From positions 2,970,001-3,002,000 of the forward strand of contig JAIZWK010000001.1 in the NCBI GenBank assembly GCA_021498095.1: a stretch of DNA of 32,000 bases, given 5' to 3'. Source of the DNA: Candidatus Harpocratesius repetitus. Its GTDB lineage: Archaea; Asgardarchaeota; Lokiarchaeia; Sigyniarchaeales; Promethearchaeaceae. Both the position numbers and the translations under genes were made by a program. This document shows, one piece after another, positions 1 to 8,561 of this stretch; positions within the stretch are counted from its first letter, which is position 1, and every line of letters starts with the position of its first letter. The notes under the pieces were generated by a model. That model was not told the DNA's origin, searched no databases, and worked only from the letters and a program-made list of their open reading frames with translations.

Positions 1-229
1 CAGAATCGTAATTTGCAGAACTTGCAGGATTAAATTGGGGTGCTTGGATATCATTTATCGGCGAAAATTCTGATTCATCTGAAAATGTATCTCCATTGAA
101 ATAAGTCAAAGGAGAACTCTGAGATGACTCAGAATTAGAAGAAATTGCGATATTCACATTCCAAGTTGATAAAGAAAGTAGAAATATCACAATTATACCC
201 GAAATATAACGAGAGTTCTTAGAATTCAT
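1..229 (-). CDS. 5' part of a putative exported or membrane-anchored protein (runs off the window edge)
   Basis: Not in the ORF track. Manual translation from ATG at 229 gives MNSKNSRYISGIIVIFLLSLSTWNVNIAISSNSESSQSS..., open to position 1. It has a basic N-terminus, a hydrophobic stretch and a Ser-rich segment, consistent with a signal peptide. Another in-frame ATG lies at 247. Confidence 0.6.
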   Translation of the reverse strand, partial: MNSKNSRYISGIIVIFLLSLSTWNVNIAISSNSESSQSSPLTYFNGDTFSDESEFSPINDIQAPQFNPASSANYDS

Positions 230-483
230 ATGAAAACCACTTATCATTGAACTTTTGATTAAATGAATCACATTATTTTGTTGTAAATAATTAAAGAAAA
301 ATCAAGTTAAGTAAACCTATAAACATTTGCTGACAATTTAATTGATAATACTATTTTTGAAAAGAAGAAACCATAAAATTTATTAATTTAATTATGAAAT
401 CCAGATAATTGCACGATATTTTTAACATAACTATTTAAAATTAGATAAAAGAACAAAAAAATCTTGATAGAATTTTGGAAATT

Positions 484-1146
484 TTAAAAAATAATACTTT
501 GAATTACATAAAGTATATTTAAGTAGAAAATTTTTGTAACCCACCAAAAGATAATTAATTCAATATAAGCTTCAATTATGCCCATTATTGTATCAGATAC
601 AAAATGACACCCCAGCATTATTCGAGAAATGGCAATTAATAAATTCAAAATAAAAAATAAAGGAATACTCCAAAAAGGCAACCAAATTAACGCAATTAAC
701 CCATATAAAATTGTAGAATGATGACAATGACCAGATGGAAAACTATAACCATGTCCTGTACTATCTAAGCGAATAATTGTCTCATTTTGCTTGAAAGGAC
801 GGTGTCTTTTAATCAAATTTTTAATTATATAATAAATCACGAAAGATTGAAAAAATCCGGTGAAAAAAAGAGTAATATAAGTTAAATCCTTAATATATAA
901 TCCATAAACACCAAAAAAAAGAAAAACAAAAAGCCAAATTCTTGGATCTCCCAAAAAGGACAGAATTTGCCAAATCCAACGAATTTTTTGTAAATTTGAA
1001 TTATGATATAAAAACTCTGTAAGTTTTTTATCTTTACTATCAAAAATAGGAAACATTTGAGCTATAAAGTCTGATTCTTGATTTCTATTCTGAAATAAAG
1101 CAGAATTATTTTTTTCATCTATTGAATTACTTTGTTGTTGAGTCAT
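484..1146 (-). CDS. PAP2 (type 2 phosphatidic acid phosphatase) family membrane phosphatase
   Basis: All three PAP2 motifs are present: KNLIKRHRP (KX6RP), PSGH and SRIMLGCHFVSD (SRX5HX3D). Several hydrophobic helices. Confidence 0.9.
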   Translation of the reverse strand: MTQQQSNSIDEKNNSALFQNRNQESDFIAQMFPIFDSKDKKLTEFLYHNSNLQKIRWIWQILSFLGDPRIWLFVFLFFGVYGLYIKDLTYITLFFTGFFQSFVIYYIIKNLIKRHRPFKQNETIIRLDSTGHGYSFPSGHCHHSTILYGLIALIWLPFWSIPLFFILNLLIAISRIMLGCHFVSDTIMGIIEAYIELIIFWWVTKIFYLNILYVIQSIIF

Positions 1147-2047
1147 TTTTTTTCTCCTGTCTTTTTTGGAGTTTTAAAGCCATAGTATGAAGCTTCATAA
1201 TTTCAAAAGGAACACGTAAACAGAATCGAACATGAAATCCTGAATAAGTCTGTCTGCGATAAAAATTAAATAAACTCATATAATGTTTTGAAAAACCATG
1301 AGAAGTAAAATAATTGCAGATTTCTGTAAGTTTGGCTGTTTTTTGAAATAAATAAAAAAAAGAAGCCCGAAGTGCCCATTTATATGCTTCTAAAATATAT
1401 TTATTAAATTTCCGATCAAAAGGGATAATCAATATGGCTCCATAAGCTAAAAAAAGTGTCATTAAAAGAGATTTTAGAATTTGTAGATATGAATATGGAG
1501 TTTCATCCATTGATAGATCTAATTGTCCATATAACACAGTTGCACCTTTTTTCAGCGAATCAAGAACAATCTTATCTGGGGCTAAAAACCTTGAAATAGT
1601 TCGATTTACCGAAAGTATTCTTGCAAACTTATCATTCTGCCAATCATCTTCCCTACAAATGAAATGAGAGCAAAACATTCCTGTTTTTCGCTCTACTACG
1701 CGAAGAATTCTCTCAATTAAGTTTTTTGGATATGAAAGATAATTATGTTTGATTTCTATGGTTTGTAAAATATGATGAATTTTTCTTATCTTTCTAAAGG
1801 AGACTTTATTTGAAACAACTAATAATAAATCAACGTCAGAATTATTCGTGATTGTCCCATAAGAAAGAGAACCAAATAAAACAATTGATTTTATTGAATC
1901 TTTACCAAGATAATGTGAAACTGTAGAAACTACTTCAAAAATATATTTTTGTGCATCCTTTGGTAACTTTAAGATTTTATTATTTTTAGATAAAAGATTG
2001 TTTGTTTGTTTAGAAATGCGTGGACTAATCGAATCTATGGGGCTCAC
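1127..2047 (-). CDS. Pol-beta superfamily (MNT-like) nucleotidyltransferase with a helical C-terminal domain
   Basis: IVLFGSLSYG...SDVDLLLVV is the hG[GS]...DxD signature, and TVLYG is a typical end of the MNT domain. A helical region of about 115 aa follows. Overlaps the PAP2 gene by 20 nt. Confidence 0.8.
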   Translation of the reverse strand: MSPIDSISPRISKQTNNLLSKNNKILKLPKDAQKYIFEVVSTVSHYLGKDSIKSIVLFGSLSYGTITNNSDVDLLLVVSNKVSFRKIRKIHHILQTIEIKHNYLSYPKNLIERILRVVERKTGMFCSHFICREDDWQNDKFARILSVNRTISRFLAPDKIVLDSLKKGATVLYGQLDLSMDETPYSYLQILKSLLMTLFLAYGAILIIPFDRKFNKYILEAYKWALRASFFYLFQKTAKLTEICNYFTSHGFSKHYMSLFNFYRRQTYSGFHVRFCLRVPFEIMKLHTMALKLQKRQEKKNDSTTK

Positions 2048-2152
2048 TATGAAAAATCACACAATTTAAAAGAATATTGAAAATAAAAAAAAGGTTGCTA
2101 TTATTCACACTACAAAAGAAATATTCTTGAAAATTTAATTAAAAAAAGAATA

Positions 2153-4288
2153 TTATCGAACTTTACCCAGTTTAAAGGCAGTTTTAAATCCAGAATGAAC
2201 TGCATCTAGAATTGTGCCAACTTTTTTTGCATCTCCAATATACTTTATTTTTGGTTTTGAAGAATTATTCTGGTTTTTAATAAATTCTTTTAATTCTTCT
2301 CCAAAAGAGCGATTTGGAATTACACCTGTCGCTAAAATAAAATTATCAACATTACTTATGCTTAAAATTCTATCTTTATCAGATTCTGGAGCTGAACGTA
2401 TTTTATAGAACACAATATTATTTTTTAATTCAATAATATCCGCATTAGTTATTACATTAATTCCTAATTTTTTGATTTCATCTAAAAAGACCCATTTTGT
2501 TGATTTTCCTATACTTTTTCCAATTTTAGGAAGATATTCAATGATTGTTACCTGTCGATCTCCACGAAATGTACGTTGCATGGCTTCTGATGATTCTAAA
2601 GCACCATAAAAACTTAAGAATCGAGCAATATTAGGAGACATCGCACCTTTTTTTGCAGCCCAAAGTGCAGTTTCCACACCTGTTGCTGCACCTCCAATTA
2701 TTACGATATTTTTACCAATTGGAATATCACCATTTAACGCTTCATCAGCAAAACATACGTTACAATTTTGATTTCCATCAAATCCAGGAACTGGCGGTAT
2801 TTTGAAATTTACTCCTGTAGCTATAAAAATATAATCCGGTTTTTCATTCAATATTTCTTTCATTTCGATTTTTGTGTTTAATTTAAGATCAATCTGCAAA
2901 TCTTTAATTTGATTTTGATAATAATCAATAATTCGCCGAATTTCTTCGCGACCAGGAGGAACATGAGCCACATTGATTTGACCTCCAATTCGGGAAGATC
3001 TTTCGAAAATTACTACTTGATGACCATTTATAGCCAATACTCGAGCAGCTTCTAAACCTGCGGGACCTGCACCTATAATACACACTTTTTGTGATCGAGT
3101 TGCAGGTTTAATCTCTTGCATTTTCAATTCATTCATAGCTAGTGGGTTTATTGTACATTGCAACGATTTTAATTCAAAGATACTGTCAAAGCATCCTTGA
3201 TTACAACCAATACAATGTCGAATTTGGTTTATAGCATCATTTTGAATTTTTCTTGGAAAATCTGGATCTGCAACTAAAGGACGACCGAAACACACCGCAT
3301 CAGCATAGAAATCTTGCAATAATTGTTCTGCTATCATCGGTTCATTAATACGATTACTAACAAAAACAGGGATTTCAACAACTTTTCGAATTTCTTTAGC
3401 AAGGTATGCAAAAGCTGCAGGAGGAGTATCCATCGGTAATTGTGGTATTCTTGTTTCATGCCATCCTCCGGTAACATTAAGATATTCAATTCCAGCTCGC
3501 ATATATGCTTGAGCAATTTTCTTTTTCTCTTTATAAGTATTACTTCCAGGAACAAAATCATCTCCAGATAAACGACAACCGATTATAATTTTATCTCCAT
3601 AGCTTTTTTTCATCTTTTGAATTAATTCTAATGGAAATGTTAGCCGTTGTTCGAGGGTAGAACCACCATATCTATCGGTTCGTTTATTTTTCAATGGAGA
3701 TAAGAATTGATCAATTAAATAACCTGCTGAACTTAAAATTTCAACACAATCAAAACCAGCTTCTACTGCTCGTTTACCTGCTTGAGTAATTACTTCAATT
3801 TCATTTTCGACTTCAGCAGTAGTAAGTTCTCTAGGAATTTCATGAGTAAATTTAGAGTAAATAGCTGAACTTGATACTGCTTTTTCACCAATTATTTTAC
3901 TGTAAGCATAAGCTCCAGCATGATAAAGTTGAGCACAAATTTTTGCTCCTTCTTGATGCACTTTATCTACTAAAGTTTTTAAACCAGGAATAAATTTATC
4001 ATCAGCTAGTGAAAGCATAAATGGTGCGCTTGCTCCCCGTTTAGAAACTGCGATTCCACCAATAATGATCATTCCTATCCCTCCCTCAGCTCTACGACGA
4101 TAGAATTCAATTATTTTATCATTCACAAAACCATCATCAGATGCACCTAAATGCATCGCTGGCATGATCATACGATTTCGTATGTTTAATTTTCCAATTT
4201 GGAAGGGCTCAAGTAATTTATAAAATTTCATATATGAAAGCAGAATTTTGATAGTATAAAAAGGCTTTTTTTTCATGCTTTGGAACAT
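2153..4288 (-). CDS. fadH: NADH:flavin oxidoreductase / 2,4-dienoyl-CoA reductase (FadH-like; OYE barrel, 4Fe-4S and FAD domains)
   Basis: RNRMIMPAMH, AQLYHAG, AGYLIDQFLSP..NKRTDRYGG, the Fe-S motif CIGCNQGC...C and the Rossmann motifs IIGAGPAGLEAA and IIGGAATG. The likely start is ATG 4231 (MKFYKLLEPF). Confidence 0.85.
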   Translation of the reverse strand: MFQSMKKKPFYTIKILLSYMKFYKLLEPFQIGKLNIRNRMIMPAMHLGASDDGFVNDKIIEFYRRRAEGGIGMIIIGGIAVSKRGASAPFMLSLADDKFIPGLKTLVDKVHQEGAKICAQLYHAGAYAYSKIIGEKAVSSSAIYSKFTHEIPRELTTAEVENEIEVITQAGKRAVEAGFDCVEILSSAGYLIDQFLSPLKNKRTDRYGGSTLEQRLTFPLELIQKMKKSYGDKIIIGCRLSGDDFVPGSNTYKEKKKIAQAYMRAGIEYLNVTGGWHETRIPQLPMDTPPAAFAYLAKEIRKVVEIPVFVSNRINEPMIAEQLLQDFYADAVCFGRPLVADPDFPRKIQNDAINQIRHCIGCNQGCFDSIFELKSLQCTINPLAMNELKMQEIKPATRSQKVCIIGAGPAGLEAARVLAINGHQVVIFERSSRIGGQINVAHVPPGREEIRRIIDYYQNQIKDLQIDLKLNTKIEMKEILNEKPDYIFIATGVNFKIPPVPGFDGNQNCNVCFADEALNGDIPIGKNIVIIGGAATGVETALWAAKKGAMSPNIARFLSFYGALESSEAMQRTFRGDRQVTIIEYLPKIGKSIGKSTKWVFLDEIKKLGINVITNADIIELKNNIVFYKIRSAPESDKDRILSISNVDNFILATGVIPNRSFGEELKEFIKNQNNSSKPKIKYIGDAKKVGTILDAVHSGFKTAFKLGKVR

Positions 4289-4304
4289 TGTGAAAAAAAA
4301 AGAT

Positions 4305-5441
4305 TTAGAAAAATATATTAGTAAAATCGAAAATACTTTTAAAAACAGACTCTAAATTCTCAATCAAACATGCCACACGATAATAATCATAAAAAGTATG
4401 CCCATCTTGAAGAATTTGAGTATTGGGTGAAAGAGTTAGCCATTTTTTTTCTAATAAACTTCCATCTCTTCGAAATTTTTGAATTAATGACATAACATTT
4501 TCGTTCATTCCAACAGAAGAACCTTTTTCTGAAACAAAATCGCGGAGTAAATCGGCTAATATGCCATATTCATCATGAATAATAATGAAAAAATCTTTAA
4601 GATAATCCAGTAAACCAAGTTCTATGATCACTTTATGAAGATCACCTAAAATATTGGCAATTTCCTTCAAAGAATCCCCAACATCTTCGATAATTTTTGC
4701 AAGTAATCTCAAATCAATCAGTTTCTTATGTGAATAATTTAAAGGTTTGGAAATTTGTGGATGTTCAAAGATTGTACGGATTTGCCTTACAATAAAAAAA
4801 TAATAACGATCAATTTTTTGATCTTGATCATTTAATGAAGAGAGTCCATCAAAATTCTGCGTTTCTAAGGATTCTTGAAGATCGTCCAACATCCAAATTA
4901 AGATACTAAAACATTCTCTTATGTACCTTGGAATTTCTTCTTGAAAAATACTTTCTGGGCTCTCAGAAAAAACATTTTTAATTAATAATTTATGATTAGA
5001 CATTTGGTTCAAATTCCAATTGAATAGTAAACGTTCTTGAGCTTGTTCAATTTGCTCAATTAATTTTTTTGAGATTATAGATTTACTTAGAATCTCAACA
5101 CCTACCGCTCCGTTCATGTAATAACTTATAAGAATTAATTGAATTCCCTTTTCATCTATAAATTTTGGATTTTTCTTTAAAACGGCATCTAAATCGAATC
5201 TATAAATTATATTTTTTTTTGATTTTTCAAGAGATGTAGGATAAAGGGCCAATGATCCATCAGCTTGCTCATACATGTTAATTACTGCATTTTTTTCAGA
5301 TTTTGAGCCAGTTGAATCAAGAGACAACCCATGCTTTTGAATCCAGTATTTAGGTAGAGTTATGGCAAAACTATATTTTGCAAATTTTTGAATTTTTCTT
5401 CGATTTAATTCCATAAAATTGCTCCATTTAGATAAATACAA
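4305..5441 (-). CDS. Archaeal AbrB/SpoVT-PhoU family phosphate-uptake regulator
   Basis: N-terminal RKIQKF..SFAITLPKYW matches the AbrB-like domain. PhoU-like helices follow (DQKIDRYYFFIVRQ, LLAKIIEDVGD). The likely start is ATG 5414, after a GGAG SD-like sequence. Confidence 0.8.
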   Translation of the reverse strand: MYLSKWSNFMELNRRKIQKFAKYSFAITLPKYWIQKHGLSLDSTGSKSEKNAVINMYEQADGSLALYPTSLEKSKKNIIYRFDLDAVLKKNPKFIDEKGIQLILISYYMNGAVGVEILSKSIISKKLIEQIEQAQERLLFNWNLNQMSNHKLLIKNVFSESPESIFQEEIPRYIRECFSILIWMLDDLQESLETQNFDGLSSLNDQDQKIDRYYFFIVRQIRTIFEHPQISKPLNYSHKKLIDLRLLAKIIEDVGDSLKEIANILGDLHKVIIELGLLDYLKDFFIIIHDEYGILADLLRDFVSEKGSSVGMNENVMSLIQKFRRDGSLLEKKWLTLSPNTQILQDGHTFYDYYRVACLIENLESVFKSIFDFTNIFF

Positions 5442-5491
5442 TTTCGTATATACTAGTTAATATGATATAGCATTTATAAGATTATTTAAAT

Positions 5492-6493
5492 TCAAATCAA
5501 AAGAACGTCGTTAAATAGAATTGATTTTAAATTCTCGAAAATTTCTTTTGATTCACCCCAAATTGTTATCAATTCTGAAGATTCTTTGATATTTTTGTTA
5601 AATTTTTGTGGAATAAACGAAATTGTAGTTATTTTCCCTAAAAATTTTTGAGATGAAATAAAAATTTGAAATGCACTAGTAATTCTTTGAAATGATTTTG
5701 AAATATTATTTTCATTATTACTAATTGAATCAAGATGGAAATCATCTAAAAATCTATAATTTTCTAATTTCCTAAATTTTCCATCAATATATCCTTTTTT
5801 TTCCAATTTATATCGAAATTCAAGACTTTCTAAGTGATATTTATGGATAAATTGGATAAGATTTTCCATATTACTTTCTGGATGCAATTTAACTGTAAAA
5901 AAACCTCCAAAAAGAACTTGATCTTCTTCTTTTTCAGAAATAAATTCGACAGAATTAAGGTGAAATTGGCGTTTTTCAGTGTTTAAAGCAATTGTGATAT
6001 TGTATTCTCCATTGAAGATTTTTAATTTTGAAAATTTATGAATTTTTTTGATCATATTGGAAATTAAAGATGATACATTTGCAGGTATAGAAGGCAATGA
6101 TGAATTTTCGGGAGATTTTTGTCCGATCTCACTTTGTAATTTATCAAGAATTGTTACAATATCATAGTAATTTTTTTTTTGAGATTCTAAATGTTCTTGA
6201 GTTAGAATAATTTCATTATTTAGTAAATGACGAAAAGTTTCGTTATCAGAGATTGCATAGGTTAAAGGCCGTACCCCAATCTGAGTAATCCAACCATCAT
6301 TTGCTAATTTTTTTAAACATTGATAAATACGTGGATTTCCAAATCTTTTTTTTTCAGGAAGCATTTTTTGAAAATCTTTGGCAGCTACAACCCCATTTTG
6401 CACAAAAATATATATTAATTCCAATTCTAACGTATTTTGAAAGAAAGATCTTAGTTTTTGATGCAATTTAGCTAATTCAAAGGAGTCTACCAT
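5492..6493 (-). CDS. TrmB-like winged-HTH transcriptional regulator with an unrecognised C-terminal domain
   Basis: RIYQCLKKLANDGWITQIGVRPLTYAIS matches the TrmB wHTH pattern (rvY.vL..L...G.v....rP..Y.a) and is followed by a coiled-coil helix. I did not recognise the C-terminal half. Confidence 0.65.
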   Translation of the reverse strand: MVDSFELAKLHQKLRSFFQNTLELELIYIFVQNGVVAAKDFQKMLPEKKRFGNPRIYQCLKKLANDGWITQIGVRPLTYAISDNETFRHLLNNEIILTQEHLESQKKNYYDIVTILDKLQSEIGQKSPENSSLPSIPANVSSLISNMIKKIHKFSKLKIFNGEYNITIALNTEKRQFHLNSVEFISEKEEDQVLFGGFFTVKLHPESNMENLIQFIHKYHLESLEFRYKLEKKGYIDGKFRKLENYRFLDDFHLDSISNNENNISKSFQRITSAFQIFISSQKFLGKITTISFIPQKFNKNIKESSELITIWGESKEIFENLKSILFNDVLLI

Positions 6494-7452
6494 TAATTTT
6501 TACACCATTCTTTCATAGAAAACGACATTTTTTCTAATTTAGGATCAATTTCTTGCCTTGAATCAATATTGATTGCTTTTATTACAGAAGAAATCAATTT
6601 TTGCATATGTTTCTGTGCTTTTTTTATATTTTGAAGAAATTCAGCTTCACCCTTTCCCAGTACAATAGCTACAGGAAATACTTCAATTTGTCCAGGAAGA
6701 ATCGAAGGAACTTTCCATTGAAGAGACACTGCTTGATCTCCAATTTCTTTATTAAGGTTATCTCTTAAATCTAATCGTTTAGGAGAGATGAAAATGGAGT
6801 CTGGTGAATTACCTTCAAAATGGTTTGGTATTTTCTTTAAAACAGACCCAATTCCTGCAAAGATACTTTCTTCTATTGAAAATCTAGAGTCATATTGATA
6901 TATATAGCCCAAATTGGAATTATATCCAACTTTATCTGTATCAAAAAAATCTTGACCATAAATATCAAAATCATAGTATTGATAAAAATTAAAATTATTT
7001 AAGGAATGGTCAGTTCCATTACGAAATGAATAAAACAAAAATAAATAAGGTTCAGAAGGAAATCGATACATATCTACGTACTCATAAATCTGCTGTTCTT
7101 TAAAATTGTTAATTGTATTTCGCTTTTGAATTTCAGGATGATTATGAAGTGAGTACAAATATGTAAATCGTGAAAGAGTCGAGCTCTGATTATGTTTTGC
7201 ATTAATCATGGAAAAAATCGGTGTTTCTGATTTAGCACCTAAAGCATGTGAGTTTTCTAAACTTCTAATGAAAAAATTAGTTCCTAAATATGAAAAAAAG
7301 AGGCAAGAACCATTAAGATAACGTTGAGGTAGATCAAGAATAAATTTACCATTATATAAAATACTCTTTAAAGTATATCCAAAAGAATAACCTTTTTCCT
7401 TACAATTAACACAAATTGTCTCAAAATCAATATCGACTATCATTTCCTCCAC
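6493..7452 (-). CDS. Hypothetical cytoplasmic beta-rich protein, possibly a carbohydrate-related beta-supersandwich
   Basis: 319-aa ORF with aromatic-rich strands (LFYSFRN, FYQYYDFDI, AVSLQW, VFPVAIVLG) and no signal peptide. A GGAGG SD precedes ATG 7443. Its stop overlaps the next start (TAATG at 6491-6495). The fold assignment is inference. Confidence 0.6.
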   Translation of the reverse strand: MEEMIVDIDFETICVNCKEKGYSFGYTLKSILYNGKFILDLPQRYLNGSCLFFSYLGTNFFIRSLENSHALGAKSETPIFSMINAKHNQSSTLSRFTYLYSLHNHPEIQKRNTINNFKEQQIYEYVDMYRFPSEPYLFLFYSFRNGTDHSLNNFNFYQYYDFDIYGQDFFDTDKVGYNSNLGYIYQYDSRFSIEESIFAGIGSVLKKIPNHFEGNSPDSIFISPKRLDLRDNLNKEIGDQAVSLQWKVPSILPGQIEVFPVAIVLGKGEAEFLQNIKKAQKHMQKLISSVIKAINIDSRQEIDPKLEKMSFSMKEWCKN

Positions 7453-7551
7453 AACGTTTGAAAATTTACAGATTTAAAAATATACTTTCTTTTTTATTTT
7501 ATACAAAAAATAGAATCAAATATAGTATATTAAATAAAAAATGGCTTAAAT

Positions 7552-8508
7552 TTAGAATCGTTCAATGAATTTATAAGAAGCATATTGAAATGCATCATAA
7601 ACATTACTTCCAGTTTTAGCTGAAGTCAGAATGTATGGACATCCAAGTTCATCTGCTTTTTTCTGAATCTCTTCAATGGTAATTTCTTGATTTTCTAAAT
7701 CCATTTTGGTCGCAATTAAAGTTATAAAAACTCTGCGATCAAGACTACTCTGCATATCTTCAAGCCAATGATCAATATTCTCAAAGGTTTTCCGACGAGA
7801 GATATCAAAAGCAATAAAAGCATGATCAGCACCTTGATAAAATCGTTTTCGATAAGGAGTAAGGTTTTTTTCTTGACCTCCAATATCCCAAATAGACAAA
7901 ACCACTGATGATTCTTCATTAAATGAAATAGATTTTCGTAAAATATCGACACCAATAGTACTTATATAACTTTCTGCAAATTTATTATCTACAAATCTTC
8001 TGATTAAAGAAGTTTTACCAACCATTGGATCTCCTAAGACAATAATCTTTGCAGAAAAATTACCTGCAGGAAATTCATTTCGCTGAAGATTAGCCAGAAT
8101 ATGAATAATTGGAGGTATTTCGAGATCTACTTTATCTCCTTCTAATATTAACCGAATTTTATTTGCTATATGCTCGCCATATACTTTTAATTTATTATCT
8201 TTTACTGATTTATCTGCTAAAACTGTAAAAATAGCGTCATTACCAGCAGACACAAAAAGCATCTTATTTTGATCTACAGATAGAATAGTTACAAATTCTT
8301 TTGCTGATCCTAAATCTGTCTTAATACGAGCAATAAAAGAATCAAAGACAGCAGTAACTGCACCAATTGCATCATCTTCTGCTTGAGAATTACGTAATTT
8401 ACTATAAATAATCAAACCATCACGATCTACAATAGCTGAAGCTTGAATTTCAGAAATTTCAGCCATAAGTTGGGTTATTAAATTGTCAAACATTTCTGTA
8501 TCGTTCAT
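7552..8508 (-). CDS. N-terminal Roadblock/LC7 (MglB-like) domain fused to a Rab-like small GTPase
   Basis: Roadblock: ASAIVDRDGLII...AIGAVTA...MLFVSAG..AIFTVLA. GTPase: G1 GDPMVGKT, G2 YISTIGVD, G3 WDIGGQ, G4 TKMD, G5 TSAK. Confidence 0.9.
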   Translation of the reverse strand: MNDTEMFDNLITQLMAEISEIQASAIVDRDGLIIYSKLRNSQAEDDAIGAVTAVFDSFIARIKTDLGSAKEFVTILSVDQNKMLFVSAGNDAIFTVLADKSVKDNKLKVYGEHIANKIRLILEGDKVDLEIPPIIHILANLQRNEFPAGNFSAKIIVLGDPMVGKTSLIRRFVDNKFAESYISTIGVDILRKSISFNEESSVVLSIWDIGGQEKNLTPYRKRFYQGADHAFIAFDISRRKTFENIDHWLEDMQSSLDRRVFITLIATKMDLENQEITIEEIQKKADELGCPYILTSAKTGSNVYDAFQYASYKFIERF

Positions 8509-8561
8509 AGGTGTTCACAATTGCAATAAGTTGGTAACGAACATATATCAAAAAAAATTTG

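Noticed and set aside
4266-4300. Inverted repeat TTTTTTTTCA...TGAAAAAAAA
   Set aside because: It is made almost entirely of homopolymer runs, which are common in this window.
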